Origin: Hyaloraphidium curvatum SAG 235-1
Taxonomy: Eukaryota > Fungi > Monoblepharomycota
Direction of reading: 5' to 3'
DNA length: 64,000 nucleotides
NCBI GenBank assembly: GCA_025558095.1
Contig: JAIVFI010000015.1
Location: 248,001-312,000, forward strand
Within the stretch, counting starts at the first letter, position 1. Every line of letters starts with the position of its first letter. Of this stretch, positions 22,364-34,053 are shown one piece after another. The notes under the pieces were generated by a model that was not told the DNA's origin, searched no databases, and saw only the letters and a list, made by a program, of their open reading frames with translations. The position numbers were made by a program, and so were the translations under genes.

Positions 22364-23534
22364 CTACTCCGACTTGCGCTTCTTCCTCTTCCCGCCCTGG
22401 TCCTCCATCTGTCGCTCGAACTCCTGCACCATCTCCATCGCGTTCTCCAGGTTCTCGAGTGGCTCCCACGTGTCCTCGTCGGGGTCGTCGTACCCTTCCC
22501 CTGTGGAGAAAACGAATGAGGTGTTGCGATCCAAGGCTAGCGCTGCGACTCACATCGGACAAGGTACTCCACCTGCTTGCGCTTGCCGTTGGTCCTCTTG
22601 TCGAGGATCTTGCCGACGACGAAAACGTTTTCCTCCTCGCTTTCCTCTTCGCTTTCGTTCGCGCCCTCGGATTCGGATTCTCCGCAGTCTTGGGCCCCTT
22701 CCGCTGGACCTTCGCCCGCTGGCGCCCTCTTGCGCGGCCCCAAGCCCCGGCTCAGCTTGGCCTCCAGCTTCTCGCCGTGCAGCTTCTGCAGCACCTCGAT
22801 CGCACCGTTGAGCCCGAGCTTGTCCGCCATCGGTTTGAGCGGCCCCGTCGCGCGCTTGCCCTTTTTCCTGCGGCAGATGGAGCTGCGGCGCGTCAGCGAA
22901 CCCGCATTGCAGCCTTCTTTCCGGGCGCGCACAACACGTACCAGTTGCATATCCCGCGGCACACGGGGCATATCCAATCCCCCGTCTCGAGCGCCGCCTC
23001 AAAGTCCTCGCCGTACCGCCCCGCCAGGTCGCGGAAGCAGAGCATGATCCCGCAAAGCCCCCCGTGTTCCAAAATGTTGGTGCAGCTGACCTTGGGATCC
23101 AGCGTCTTTTGCCGGCACTGGTGGCACGAAGTCCCGTCGGCGTGGCCGTAGACCCGGCCGCCGACGGTGAAGATGCCGCCGCCGCTGCGCCGCCGCTTGC
23201 CCGGGGCGGAGCTCCCGCCCTCCTCTTCGCTGTCCTCCTCGTCGGGCAGTTTGTCCTCGGGGTTGATCCTGGGCGCCGCGATCCCGGCCACCCTGCTGCT
23301 CTTCCTCCGCTCTTGCGGTTCCTCCTCTTCATCGCGGGGCTCGCCCGACGCCTCGCGCTCCCGCTTCTTCCTCGGCTTGGCGGCCTTCTGCTCCCCCGCA
23401 TCGCGCTCGGCGGACTTGGGGGCGAGGTTCTCGCGCTCCGCGGAAAAGTTGAGGTCCGCGAGCATCTTCTTGTTTGCCGCGACGCGGGCGGCCCGGAGGG
23501 CCTCGTAGTCCGTGGGCCCCGCGGCGCCGAGCAT
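22364..23534 (-). CDS. CDCA7-like zf-4CXXC_R1 protein with C-terminal chromodomain, 2 introns
   Basis: DYEALRAARVAANKKML; SCHQCRQKT...RYGE...WICPVCRGICN/CSICRRKKG..ATGPL; FVVGKILDKR...EYLVR/W.GYDDPDEDTWEPLENL. Confidence 0.88.
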
Positions 23535-23752
23535 GTTTGGGAGCGAGAGAGAAAGATTGGAGTAAGTCTGGGCCAGGAGGAAGCCCGACCGTGCGGCAAT
23601 TCGGTCGAGAGGGGGGGCGGAGCTGGCGCGGGCGTGGCCGCCTGATCAAATCATCACTACTGCTCGACTGAAGCTTCATATCAAGACTCGAATCTCTGCA
23701 ACCATGCAAGAGCATACAGCCGAACCGTGCGCCAGCGCATCCATCCATCCGC

Positions 23753-25876
23753 CTACTTGGCCGCCGCCTGCCCCCCTCCTGACCCCCTCCTCCCCTCTCC
23801 CTTCCCCTTGCCCGCCGCCCCCGCCGCGTCCTTCTTCTTGGGCCCCAGATACCGCAGCTCCACCCTCTCCACCTGCGCCTTGGCCTCCCCCTCCCCCATC
23901 TTCCTGTACACCAGGTACGCCACCGCCCCCGCCACGACCACCCCCGCCATCACGAACCCCGCGATCGCGCCGGCGCCGAGGCCGTCGGAACCGCCGCGGA
24001 CGGTGGCGACGGGCAGCGTCCCCGCCGCCGTGTTCTCCACCCCCACGACGGTGCCCCCCGGCGAGGAGGAGAACAGCGCGGCTGGCAGGTCCGCGGGCAC
24101 CGCGAGCGAGTACGCGGCCGAGAAGGACGCGTCGCCCTCCAGCCCCAGGTGGATGCTGGGCACCACCGCGCCGTGGTCCACCGCCACCTCGGGCGCCTCG
24201 CCGTCCCCCGGCGACGCCACCAGCTCGTCCCTGCTGAGCAGCCTCCTCGCGCGCCGGGTGTCGACGATCACGGCGTCGTAGTACACGCGGATGCGCACCG
24301 TGTGCTGCCACTGCAGCGTCTTGCCGAGGTCGGGGATGGCGATCATGCTGTCGGTCTTGTTGGGGCCGACGGTGGGGTAGTACGAGAGCTGCAGGGAGCA
24401 GTCGAGCCCACCGTTGGTCAGGGGGGCGGCGAAGGATGCCGACGCGCGGACCCCCTGCGCCGTGCGGACGCCCGAGGCGTACAGGGACCACTCGTACGAG
24501 TACCCGTGCTGCGAAGGGCCGGAGGGCAGCTGGCCGACCCAGAAGTCCCAGACGCGCACCTCGTGCATGCGCTGCTTGGCCGACGAGAACTTCATCCTGT
24601 GCACCACGGGCTCGCCGGTGCGGCGGTCGGCGCTCGTCGCCGCGAACGGCTCGATGATCTCGAGCGGGTTGACCACGTTGATGGCCGCGCAGAGGTCGAC
24701 CCCCGCGCCGACGGAAAAGTCCGTGTACCCTTCGGCCAGCAGCCCCATGTCCGGGTTGCAGGTATGCGGGCCGTAGCACGCCACGTCAAAGTCCAGCGAG
24801 AAGGTGCCTGCGGGGTCGCACTGCGCCGTCGTGTTGAAGGTGTACGCGAACTCGCCCGCCTGCGTGCACTGCGTGACCCCCTCGACGGGATTCTGCTCCG
24901 AATCGCACGACTGCGTCGAGAGCGCCTCGTCGGCGTCCACGGCCTGCGACTTGGCTTCCGCGGCCCAGCCTGCGGGGAGGGTGACCCCCGAGGAGTGCAC
25001 GGCGGGCTTGTAGGGGTAGTACGTCTTGATCGTGTAGGCGATGGTGAGCCTGGTCGTGGCGTCGGTGGGGCGGGAGTATCCGAAGTTGGTCACTGCGGGA
25101 GGGGGTCAAGGTACTGAGCAAGGGTGCGGCGATGGAGGACGCCCACCCTTGAAGGAGTTGGGGACAAAGGCGTCGAGCGAGTCCTTGGCAAAGGTGTACC
25201 GGATGGCCGTCACGGACGAGCTCGTGTGGCTCCCCTCGATGAGCCCGTCGACGTAGAAGTTGTCGGTCCATTCCGTGTGCACGTTGGCGGTGTAGGTCCA
25301 GTGGGTCACGTTGGACTCGGAGGTGTCCCAGTTGCAGTTGGACGCCAGCGTTGCCCACGACGCCGAGAGCGAGTGGCCCGTGGAGCAGTACGTTGCCGCC
25401 ACGCCGTCGCCGTCGACGGTTACCCCGGAAGGCACCCCCTGCGCGGCGCCGCCTGCCCCGTTCCACCCGGTGAGGATGAAGGGCGAGTATGACACCTTGC
25501 AGGCGGCGGCGACGGCGGTGCGCTGCGTCGAGTTGAGGGCCGCCGCGGCGTCCAGCCACATCTCCAGCCGGCGGACGACCTCGAGCGGCGGCGCGAGGAG
25601 GTCCTGCGAGACGAGCTTGGAGCGCGCGACGACGGAGAAGGTGCCCGTGCGCGGCGGCGACGGGTACTGCGCCACGGCGACCGTCGGGGCGGGGCCGGGG
25701 CCGAGGGCGAGGAGGGTGTACAGGTAGTAGTCGTTGCAGGTGGTGGCCAAGGCGGGGGCCGCCAGCGCCGCGAGGAGGAGGAGGAGGAGGGAGAGGGGGG
25801 CCCGGAGTGAGGCCGGGCAGGTCCGGAGGGGGCCGGGCCGCGCCCCGGGAGGCCGAGCGGAGTGGAGCGACGGCAT
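23753..25876 (-). CDS. Type I membrane/secreted Cys-containing surface protein, 1 intron (~25094-25136)
   Basis: Signal LSLLLLLLAALAAPALA, Cys-spaced ectodomain, RRARR basic site, TM AGAIAGFVMAGVVVAGAVAYLVY and a basic tail. Confidence 0.8.
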
Positions 25877-26243
25877 AGTGCCGGTCGACTAGTTGAGTTC
25901 TGTGTCCTGGCAAATGACTCGAGCGGTCGGAAAGTGCCCTGGTCGTGTCGGCGACCCCCGAAAGTGTTTGCCTTCAAGGGACGCCGATGACGACACGACC
26001 CGGATCCCCTTTCCCATCCCCTGGCCCCTGCAGACGGGGGCGACGGCCAGCGGACTGCCGGCAGGAGATGCCAACGATGGCGATGGGCCGGGCCGGCCGG
26101 TGTTCGCGGGTGCCGCGCGAGGTCCGTGCCCGTTCGTCCCCGTTGAGAATGAGTAACTCTGCTTACGTCAGGATCCCCAACAAGGACGAAGGACGGGCGT
26201 CAGCCCCCTGAATCCTTCTCCCCACAAAGCACTCATACCCTCG

Positions 26244-27737
26244 ATGCCCCTGGGACGCAGTACAACAAACATGAGGACACACAGCGAGCGGCGGTTGCCC
26301 GCGGCCGGCGGGCCCGTGCGCTCCGGACGGGACGGATTGGCGGGGCGCAGCCGGGCGGACCCGGGGCGGCCCCATGCGGCCGGGGAGCGGCGACCTCGGC
26401 CGCGGCAGCGGTGGACGGTGGCGGGGCGGCTGCTTGCGGCGGCGTGGGCGGCGCTGCTGGCGGGCGGGGCGGCGGCGCACCCGGTGCCCGTTGCCCCCCG
26501 CGCCCTGTGCGCGCTGGACGGCGACGCCGTGACCGGCGCGGGCTTCCGGCTTTCGTGGAACTCGACGGCGGGCACCGCGGCGTTCGCCCGCACCGCCGAG
26601 CTCGCGTGGACGCTCGAGGCGACGTTCTCGGCGCCCGCCCGCGTGTGGCTCGGCCCGCTCGACTCGCTCGACTGCGGCGCGGACGCCGCGGCGGTGCCGC
26701 TCGACGCGCCGCGCTGCGGCTTCGGCTACACGCTGCGGCTGCCGTGGGCGCGCGCGGCGGCGTGCGGCTGGGCGCGCCGCTCGTCCGACGCCCGCCTCGT
26801 CGAGTACGCAAACGCTCTCGGCCTGCTGGCGCTGCTGCCCGCGGGCGACGCGCTGTTCGAGCACCCCGCGGCCGCCATCGTGCCAAAGGCCGCCGCAGTG
26901 CCAGACGGGCTGCTGCGCGAGCTGGGCCCCGACGAGCTGGCAGGCTCACTCCTGCGTGCCGGTGCGGCCCGCAAGCGCATCTCCTCCTCGACCACCCGCA
27001 CAGCTTCCAGGACCGCTAGCACCCCCTCCGCATCCACCTCCTCCGCTTCCAGGAGCGCATCGCGGACCCGCTGGTCGTCCTCCTCCCGCCCCTCGCCCTC
27101 CCCGACGCACTCGCTCGGCGAGCTCGACCCGCCGCCGGACCCCGACGCCCCCTCCTCCACCGCCTCCTCCCCCTCCTCCTCCGCCATCCGTGCATCCAGC
27201 GCACCCTCCCAAGCGGGCACCCCCCGCCCGCTCGCCGCGCCCTCGCGCTCGCCCTCGCCCACCCCCGACGCCTCGACCTCCGCCACGCGCACCCGCCAGA
27301 CTGCCACCCTGAACCTGGCACCCCCGCGCACGACCACGACGGCCGCGGTGGCCGACGGCGACGGGGGCGACGAGCTGCTGCCCAACAACCGCATCCAGGC
27401 AACGCGGCTGGCGGTCCCCGGCAGGCAGACGAGCGAGGCACATTCCTCGACCGCGACGCCGACGAGCAGCTCCCTCACCCTCACGCAGTCGTCGACATCC
27501 CTCACTGCATCCCCGACAGCCACGACGACATCCGAGTCCCGAACGTCGACCTCCGCATCCGCCACCTCGACCGCTTCCCCCCCGGCGGACGCGGAGCTCG
27601 ACCCCCCTCCGGACCTCGAACAACACCCCACCCCGGACCCGCAACCCACCCCCTCCGACGGAGAGCCGTCGCCGACGGACGGCGTGCTCACCTCGGTGAC
27701 GGTGACGCCGCTGCGCACCGAAAACCCCGAGGCGTGA
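26244..27737 (+). CDS. Secreted protein with a Cys-containing N-domain (paralogous to its neighbour) and an S/T/P-rich tail
   Basis: Hydrophobic leader LLAAAWAALLAGGAAA; CGFGYTLRLPW..ACGW...EYANAL; mucin-like tail with ELDPPPD twice. Confidence 0.7.
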   Translation: MPLGRSTTNMRTHSERRLPAAGGPVRSGRDGLAGRSRADPGRPHAAGERRPRPRQRWTVAGRLLAAAWAALLAGGAAAHPVPVAPRALCALDGDAVTGAGFRLSWNSTAGTAAFARTAELAWTLEATFSAPARVWLGPLDSLDCGADAAAVPLDAPRCGFGYTLRLPWARAAACGWARRSSDARLVEYANALGLLALLPAGDALFEHPAAAIVPKAAAVPDGLLRELGPDELAGSLLRAGAARKRISSSTTRTASRTASTPSASTSSASRSASRTRWSSSSRPSPSPTHSLGELDPPPDPDAPSSTASSPSSSAIRASSAPSQAGTPRPLAAPSRSPSPTPDASTSATRTRQTATLNLAPPRTTTTAAVADGDGGDELLPNNRIQATRLAVPGRQTSEAHSSTATPTSSSLTLTQSSTSLTASPTATTTSESRTSTSASATSTASPPADAELDPPPDLEQHPTPDPQPTPSDGEPSPTDGVLTSVTVTPLRTENPEA

Positions 27738-27934
27738 TGGGTGCTGGGGCCAACGTGTACGATACCACGCGGAAGCGGAAGGTGTAACTAGCTGTGACGA
27801 CTTGTGTCCTCTGAGTGACTGGAATGGATCTGCTGAACTCTTCTCTCTCCTTTTTTTTTCCATTGGTGATGACTGTTCTCTGCAAGCCCGACTGCCACCT
27901 CATCGCTCCGAACCTCCCCCACGCACCGCGAACC

Positions 27935-28230
27935 ATGCCGCACCTCCGCCCGCGCTTCCCCGCCCTCAAAAGTCTCCTCGCGCGCCGCTTCCAGCACAGC
28001 AACGGCGGCGGCGTCGACCCCGAGACCATCCGGCACCCCGTCAAGGAGAGGGCGGGTGGGTGTCCCCTCCCCCCTCCCGACTGGGTCCGGGCTGACGACC
28101 CGCGTCCGGATGGGAAGGCGGGTTCTACGTGGTGCCCGTGGCCACGGCCGCCGCGGCGTTCGCGGCGGCGTTCTACGCCGGGTACGCGACCGCCCCGAAG
28201 GACGGCGCGCAGGGGGAGATGAGCAAGTGA
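27935..28230 (+). CDS. Small (~77 aa) probable mitochondrial single-TM protein, 1 intron (28056-28117)
   Basis: Spliced MPHLRPRFPALKSLLARRFQHS...ERAG/GFYVVPVATAAAAFAAAFYAGY...MSK*; Arg-rich presequence-like start. Confidence 0.55.
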
Positions 28231-28840
28231 TCCGTCGGACGGGGGCGGGGCCGAGTCGCGCGCGGGATCCGGAAGGAGAGCGGCGGGGACGTTTGGGCGG
28301 CATGGCGGGGTCGGAGGGTCGGGAGGGGGGATGATCGGACGCGGGAGGAGCGGCGTCTTGGGACCGCGGGAGGGCGGATTTCTGGCCGTTTAGAGGCGGG
28401 AAATGTGTTTGCAGCAGATGTCATAAACGGGACTCCTTGGGTTTTTGATGGGCTTCGAGGGCCGCCGGGCCGGTTTGGGGGAGAGTCTCACGCTCTGCCG
28501 GCTTTCCATGCCAGGCGAAAATTGAAGTCCTCCCCGCCCCCACCCACGTCCACATGGTGGAAAATCACGGTCAACTCTACCCTCGGAAAACGACTGGAGA
28601 GGAATGGACGGATCGATTTGGCGGCGGGGGCCCGTTGCCGCGCGGAATACGGAGATCTGCGGGTCCGGGCCCCGGGTGTCGACCGTTGCAAGTTTAAAAA
28701 TTGGATTCTGATGGTTATTTCGACGGGTTCGCCAACGATTTGGGGCGAACGGGCTAGAGTCTCACGCTCTGGCCGGGACTTTCGGCATCGATCCCCGCAG
28801 GGGCAACGCGGGGGGCACTCAACACCTTCTCCCCGCCGCG

Positions 28841-29465
28841 ATGAACGCCCCCGACCGCTTCGAGGCCTTCCGCGTTCCCGACGGCGAGCCAAAGTACCTC
28901 TTCCCCCCGCCGCCGCCCGCGCGCGCGGCCGTCTGACCCCGGAAACCCGCCCAAAGGGTGCGCTTCGTCAAGGACGGCAAGCTGCCCAACGCGGGCACCT
29001 TCGTCGTGAGGGCCGAGGACCACACCATCGGGAACCTGCTGAGGATGTGGGTTGCCCTCCGCGGCGGGCTACGGACGGGGAATGACGGTCCCCGTTCCCC
29101 TCCTTCCGACGACGTGCACCGCCTCGCGTTCCCCACCTCCCCGCACCGCCCCCAAAGGCAACTCCTCAAAAACTCCAAGGTGCTCTTCGTGGGCTACCGC
29201 GTCCCCCACCCCCTCGAACCCTACGTGGAGATCAAGCTCCAGACGACCGCCGAGGCCCAGCCGGCCGAGGTGTTCTCGCGGGAGCTGGAGGCGCTGATCA
29301 AGCTGGTGGGGGACGTGAGGAACAAGTTCGAGGTGGGTCTTGCGGTGTTGCGGTGGGTTGGAGAGGGGCTGACGAGGTTGGGGGTAGAACGAGGCGACGA
29401 GGTTCGGGATATCGGCGGCCGGGGCGGGGTACGGGAGGCCGGGGGAGTACGACGACGGGTTCTGA
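28841..29465 (+). CDS. RPB11: RNA polymerase II subunit RPB11, 3 introns
   Basis: MNAPDRFE / PNAGTF...EDHTIGNLLR / VLFVGYRVPHPL...IKLQT. Confidence 0.95.
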
Positions 29466-30037
29466 GGCTGCGCAGCGGGTTGGAGGCGTTCGACGGTGCG
29501 GGCGATGGGCGTTGGGCCCCGGCGTTGCCCGCGTGGGCGTCGGCCAGTGCGTCGGTTCGTTTCGGAGGCCGGGAACGTACACGCGGGCAAGGTCGGAGGT
29601 CGTCGGACGCGGAGGGAACTTGGAGACCGTCGATACCCGGCGGAAGCGGGACGAACGGCCGGCGGAGCTCCCGGCACGGCACCGGGAGCGGCCGCACTCG
29701 GATCGACCAACGTGGCTGGCCAAAAAGGAGGAGGCAGGCGAGCAGCTATACCGCGAACTGTTCTATCAATGAAGTCTGTGTCCACATTGTTGATCAGTGT
29801 CAACACTCATAAGAAGGGCGTTTTCGGGACGCCTCGTCGGGGTCTGCCAGGTCCGAGCGTGCCTCCCGACTTGCCCCCGCCGCCCGCCGAATCACGCGCT
29901 CACGGCCCACGCCCCTGGTTGCCGACGTCTCGACGCGCCTACCCGCTCTCCCCTTGCTTCCGGACGCGCATCGCGCCTCCCCGGCCGCGATTGTTCCCAG
30001 CCTCCCCGCCTGCGCCGCCGGGACCCGAACGCCACCG

Positions 30038-30437
30038 ATGTCTCTGGCGCGTCTCCCCCGCGTCCTGGCGCGGCAACGCGCCCATTTCGCCACTTCTGCG
30101 CTCCTGCGGAACGGCAAGGACGACAAGGGGCCGGAGAAGTTCGTGCCCGACACGAGCTTTGAAGTCCCGAAGACACAGAACCCGCTGGACCTCCTCGAGT
30201 GGGCTCTGCCGCGATACAGGACGTATCCGGTCTTCTCATCGCGTTTCTGTCTTTCTTCTCTTCCCTCTTCCGCCGGAAAGCCTGCACCCGTCCAAAATCA
30301 AGACGGCAAATACGATGAAGGAGCAGGAGATCATCAAGAAGCAGGAGGAGGTTACGCACATGTGGTGGAGAGAGGTAGAAAAGCTGGAAAAGGAGCTGGC
30401 TGAGGCGAAGAAGGAGGCGGCGGAGAAGAAGGAGTGA
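30038..30437 (+). CDS. Small probable mitochondrial coiled-coil protein, 1 intron
   Basis: Presequence-like MSLARLPRVLARQRAHFATSALLR; C-terminal EVEKLEKELAEAKKEAAEKKE*. Confidence 0.55.
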
Positions 30438-30543
30438 TTGGGTGGGTTTGTTCCGTCTTCTACCCTTCGATGCTGACGTTACATAGTGCCGTCCTTTAAT
30501 CAACCGTGCTGAAGCGGGGCAATTGTATCTCTGTCTGCAAATG

Positions 30544-33500
30544 CTAGTCATGGTGTTGGCCCTCGACTTCGAACCCCTCGATGCGCGACACCGTGGTTCG
30601 GAACGATTCCTGGAGCGAACGCAGGTACGCGAGCAGCTCGTCCTCGGGCAGCGCGGAGGACTTGCGGGCCTGCACAAGCCGCTGGACCAGCTGGTAGCAG
30701 GCCTGCACCGAGACGGGTGAGCTCCTCGCATGCCCGCGAGGCGTCGGAACCACCCACGGCCTGCCTCTGCAGCTTCCTGGTGGCCTGAGACTTGGCCCTG
30801 GCCTCGTCGATCCGACGCTTGAGCTCGACCGCGATCTCGTTCGCCGTGGCGAGCACGTCTGCGGGCAGGCCGGTCGCCTCGGCGAGCCTCAATCCTGTGA
30901 ACCGTGCCACGGTTCAGCACGATTGGATCGGCGTGTCGGTGTTACTGACCGTAGTGCTGCTCGATCGTCGAGCCATCCTTGACGGTGTACAGGTACTTGT
31001 ATCCGGGAGGCCTCTTGTTCGCGGGCCGATCGTCGAGGGCCACGGAGAGGTGGAGGTTCACGACGTTCGGGTAGCTGTCGAGCAGGTGCGCGAGCTGGAT
31101 GAAGTGGGTGGCGAAAAAGACGAAGCTCTTGGAGCGGAGGAGCTCCTCGGATATGGCAAAGGAGATGCCGAGCCCGTCGTTGGTGGACGTGGCCCGGCCG
31201 AGCTCGTCGATAATGACGAGGGAGGTGTCGGTCGCGCTGCGCAGGATGTGCGCTATCTCGACCATCTCCGTGAGGTAGGTGGACGACTGGAGCTGCTCAA
31301 GGTCGTCGTCGTTGCAGGTCTTGGAGAAGATGGCGTCGGCGACTCGGAAGCTGCCATACTCTGCCGGCACGTAGCATCCAATCTGCGACATGACCTGCAG
31401 CAGCGCGATCATCTTCAGGTAGGTGCTCTTGCCGCTCGTGTTTGGCCCGGTGATGATCTGGAAGTTGTTGGCCGCGCTCGCGTAGCAGTCATTCGGGACC
31501 ATGGGATCGACCAGAACCTTCTCCTTGATCGGATGCCGCCCATTCTTGACGGCCTGCTCAATCAGAGTTAACGGGAGGTCATCTTGGGCCTCTCAAACCC
31601 ACCAAGGTATCCTGAGGGGCAAAGAATGCTTACAGGGACTCCCGGGTAGACGGCGGCTGTTCACTCACTGTGAACTCGGGTCGGACGCATTTCGAAACCA
31701 CACAGTATCCAGCAAATGCGGCAAGCATGTCGAGCAATGCGACCGAATCGGATGCCTTGTAGAGCACCGCAACGCGAGTCCTGATGTCGGCGAGGAGCTC
31801 CGACACGATGCGATCGCTCATGAGGTAGATCTCGGCCAAAGATTCGTTAATCCTGTGATAGCGAGTCAGCACAGACCCTGCAATTGGTCTCTCCCTGCAT
31901 TTGCACCTTTCGTTGAGCTTTTTCTGTTTGGCGTCGGCATGAAGGATCAGTTGCATGCCGAAAGCTGGCCATCAGCACACCCACAAGATCGAGCGTTGTA
32001 AAGTACGCCTGCTTCTTCCTCATCACAACGTTGATGAATGTCAAAGGAAGGTCATTCTGGGCAACGAGATCGCGGGGGCACGTGATTTGGAAACCCGTTG
32101 CCGGAGAAAAGTTGGGCTTCAAAGGCAGCTGGTACTGCTCGGCGTAGGTGTTCACGAGCTCGTACACATCGTTGGTGGTCTCCTTGTAGGTTTGGCGCGC
32201 CACTGCCGAGACGAAGCTGTCAAGCTTCGGCATGTTCTCGATTGCTCTGCCACGTCACCGTCGAGGAGACCGTTGAATCCAGCCTGGTCGGGTGCACGCG
32301 GATTCAAGCCAGCGCGCTGAGTGTCTTTGCGACCAAGTCACCTTGACTCCGTAGCATCTCTGGTTGCGCAACCCCAGCGGGCTCTTTTGAAACGTGATGT
32401 CCTCGTTAATCACTGCGAGAATGGCTTTAGCGGCAGATCGTGGCTAGGGCACAAGCGTTGCTTACCCTGCTCGATCTGAACCTCGATGTCTTTGAGCCTG
32501 GGGTCGCTGAGAACCTTGAACACGGCCTTGGCGAGCTCATTGCGGCAGCCCGAGATGGCCACGCGAACGACCTCGAGAGCCGTGAGCGCGTGCCGGAGAC
32601 CTATCACACAATTGATCGACTGCTCGGCGTGCTTTATCGAAGGCTTGGTCGGAACCTGGATGATCGCCGTGATGAGGTGATCGAGATCGAGGAATGACTT
32701 GAGGGCTGCGCTACAATCAGCACCAGGTGGAAACGAGAAGCGACCGATGCCCACAGCTTTGGATCGAGAAGAAAGTCTGTTCGTTGCCTATGAATTCCTG
32801 GACTGCATTCAGGCGGGCGTTGATCGTCGCCAGGTCCGTCGACGGCTGGAGGATGGTCATGCGAAGCAAACGGCGGCCCATCGGAGTCTGAGTCTTGTCG
32901 AGGGTTCCAAGCAGTGTGTGGCGGCTCTGTGGGTCCAACAAGTTGGTCACCAGCTCGAGAGAGCGGGCTGTCACTTGGTCGATCATCAGTGTGCCTGGAG
33001 CCAGCACGCCATGTTAGAACCGAGTCATGCTCCGCCGAGCGAGCTTCTCGCCTTCGACGACTGCCCACTTGAACTGTATCGAGTGCTCCACAAACTTGAC
33101 GCCCTGAGCTGCCTCGACGTACTGCAACAACGCTGAGCACGCTGCGAGGCAAAAGTACCTGGTCGCCGATCGTGAGAGGCGCGACGCGAGAGCGCAGACA
33201 CGAAACGTGCTTCGACTTCATGCCAAGAACGAGGTCTTGAATGTCGTCCTGCAGGCCGTACTGCTGGATGTACTGCAGACCTACCGCGCCCGTCAGATGT
33301 CGATTGTGAAGCGCGACGAAGGAAACGAGCTCACCAGCATCCGCGTTGAACGCTCTGCGGGCGATCGGCACCACCTCTACATCGAACTGATCCACGACGA
33401 GGCGCACGAGCTTCGATTTGGTCGGTTCGACGGTTGTTGCGCTCACAATGATCTGGCGACGCGCTGGGGCTGCAGTCCACGCGCAAAGCGGGCACGGCGA

Positions 33501-33893
33501 GCGTACCTCGACCGGGTCATACTGGAAAAGCTTGTACAATACTTTCGCGTACGTAGCAGAGTCCTGCAGCTGTGTCAGATAGCACGAAGCTGCGCCGCGT
33601 CAGAGATCGAAGTCCCCGCATCGTCGCCGCGGCCGGTTTCGCCTCTCACAGGTTCTCATGTCGACGGCGCACAGACCGATTTCGCCTTGAGAGCGGCCTT
33701 CTGCAAGGCACACGATGAAGAAGCCGCCTCCTGCGCTCGAGTGCTTGGAGCCCGTGCCCCTTGTCCCGCGCGACCGGCGTTTCGTCGACAAAAGGCTCTC
33801 CGACTGGCTCGGTGCCTGGCTCGGGGCGCGGCTCGGAGCCTCGCTGGCGGTGTCTGCCCGCGAGGGCGACTGCGAGGAGTCCGACCCGGCCAT
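30544..33893 (-). CDS. MSH4: MutS homolog 4 (meiotic), many introns
   Basis: AEGRSQGEIGLCAVD; TPMGRRLLR..ILQP; ITGPNTSGKSTYLKMIALL..MSQIGCYVPAEY; IIDELGRATST.DG; FATHF; HYG. Lacks the mismatch-binding domain I. Confidence 0.9.
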
Positions 33894-34053
33894 GGCCAGT
33901 CTCCAGGGCGATCGGATTCGCACTACCGGTTTGCAGTGCAGCAGCGGGCCCCCAACCTAACAGCCTCCCCAATTGCCAAACCCCGGAGCCCGGCCCGCTC
34001 CGACTACGATGGGCATGCTGTAGTGCATGTAGAGCTTCGAGAGCTTGCCGACG

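Noticed and set aside
33207-34053. N-terminal ~290 aa of the 1024-aa ORF as a Sec2 extension
   Set aside because: It is antisense to MSH4 exons. The true Sec2 start is more plausibly ATG 34054 with a short intron.
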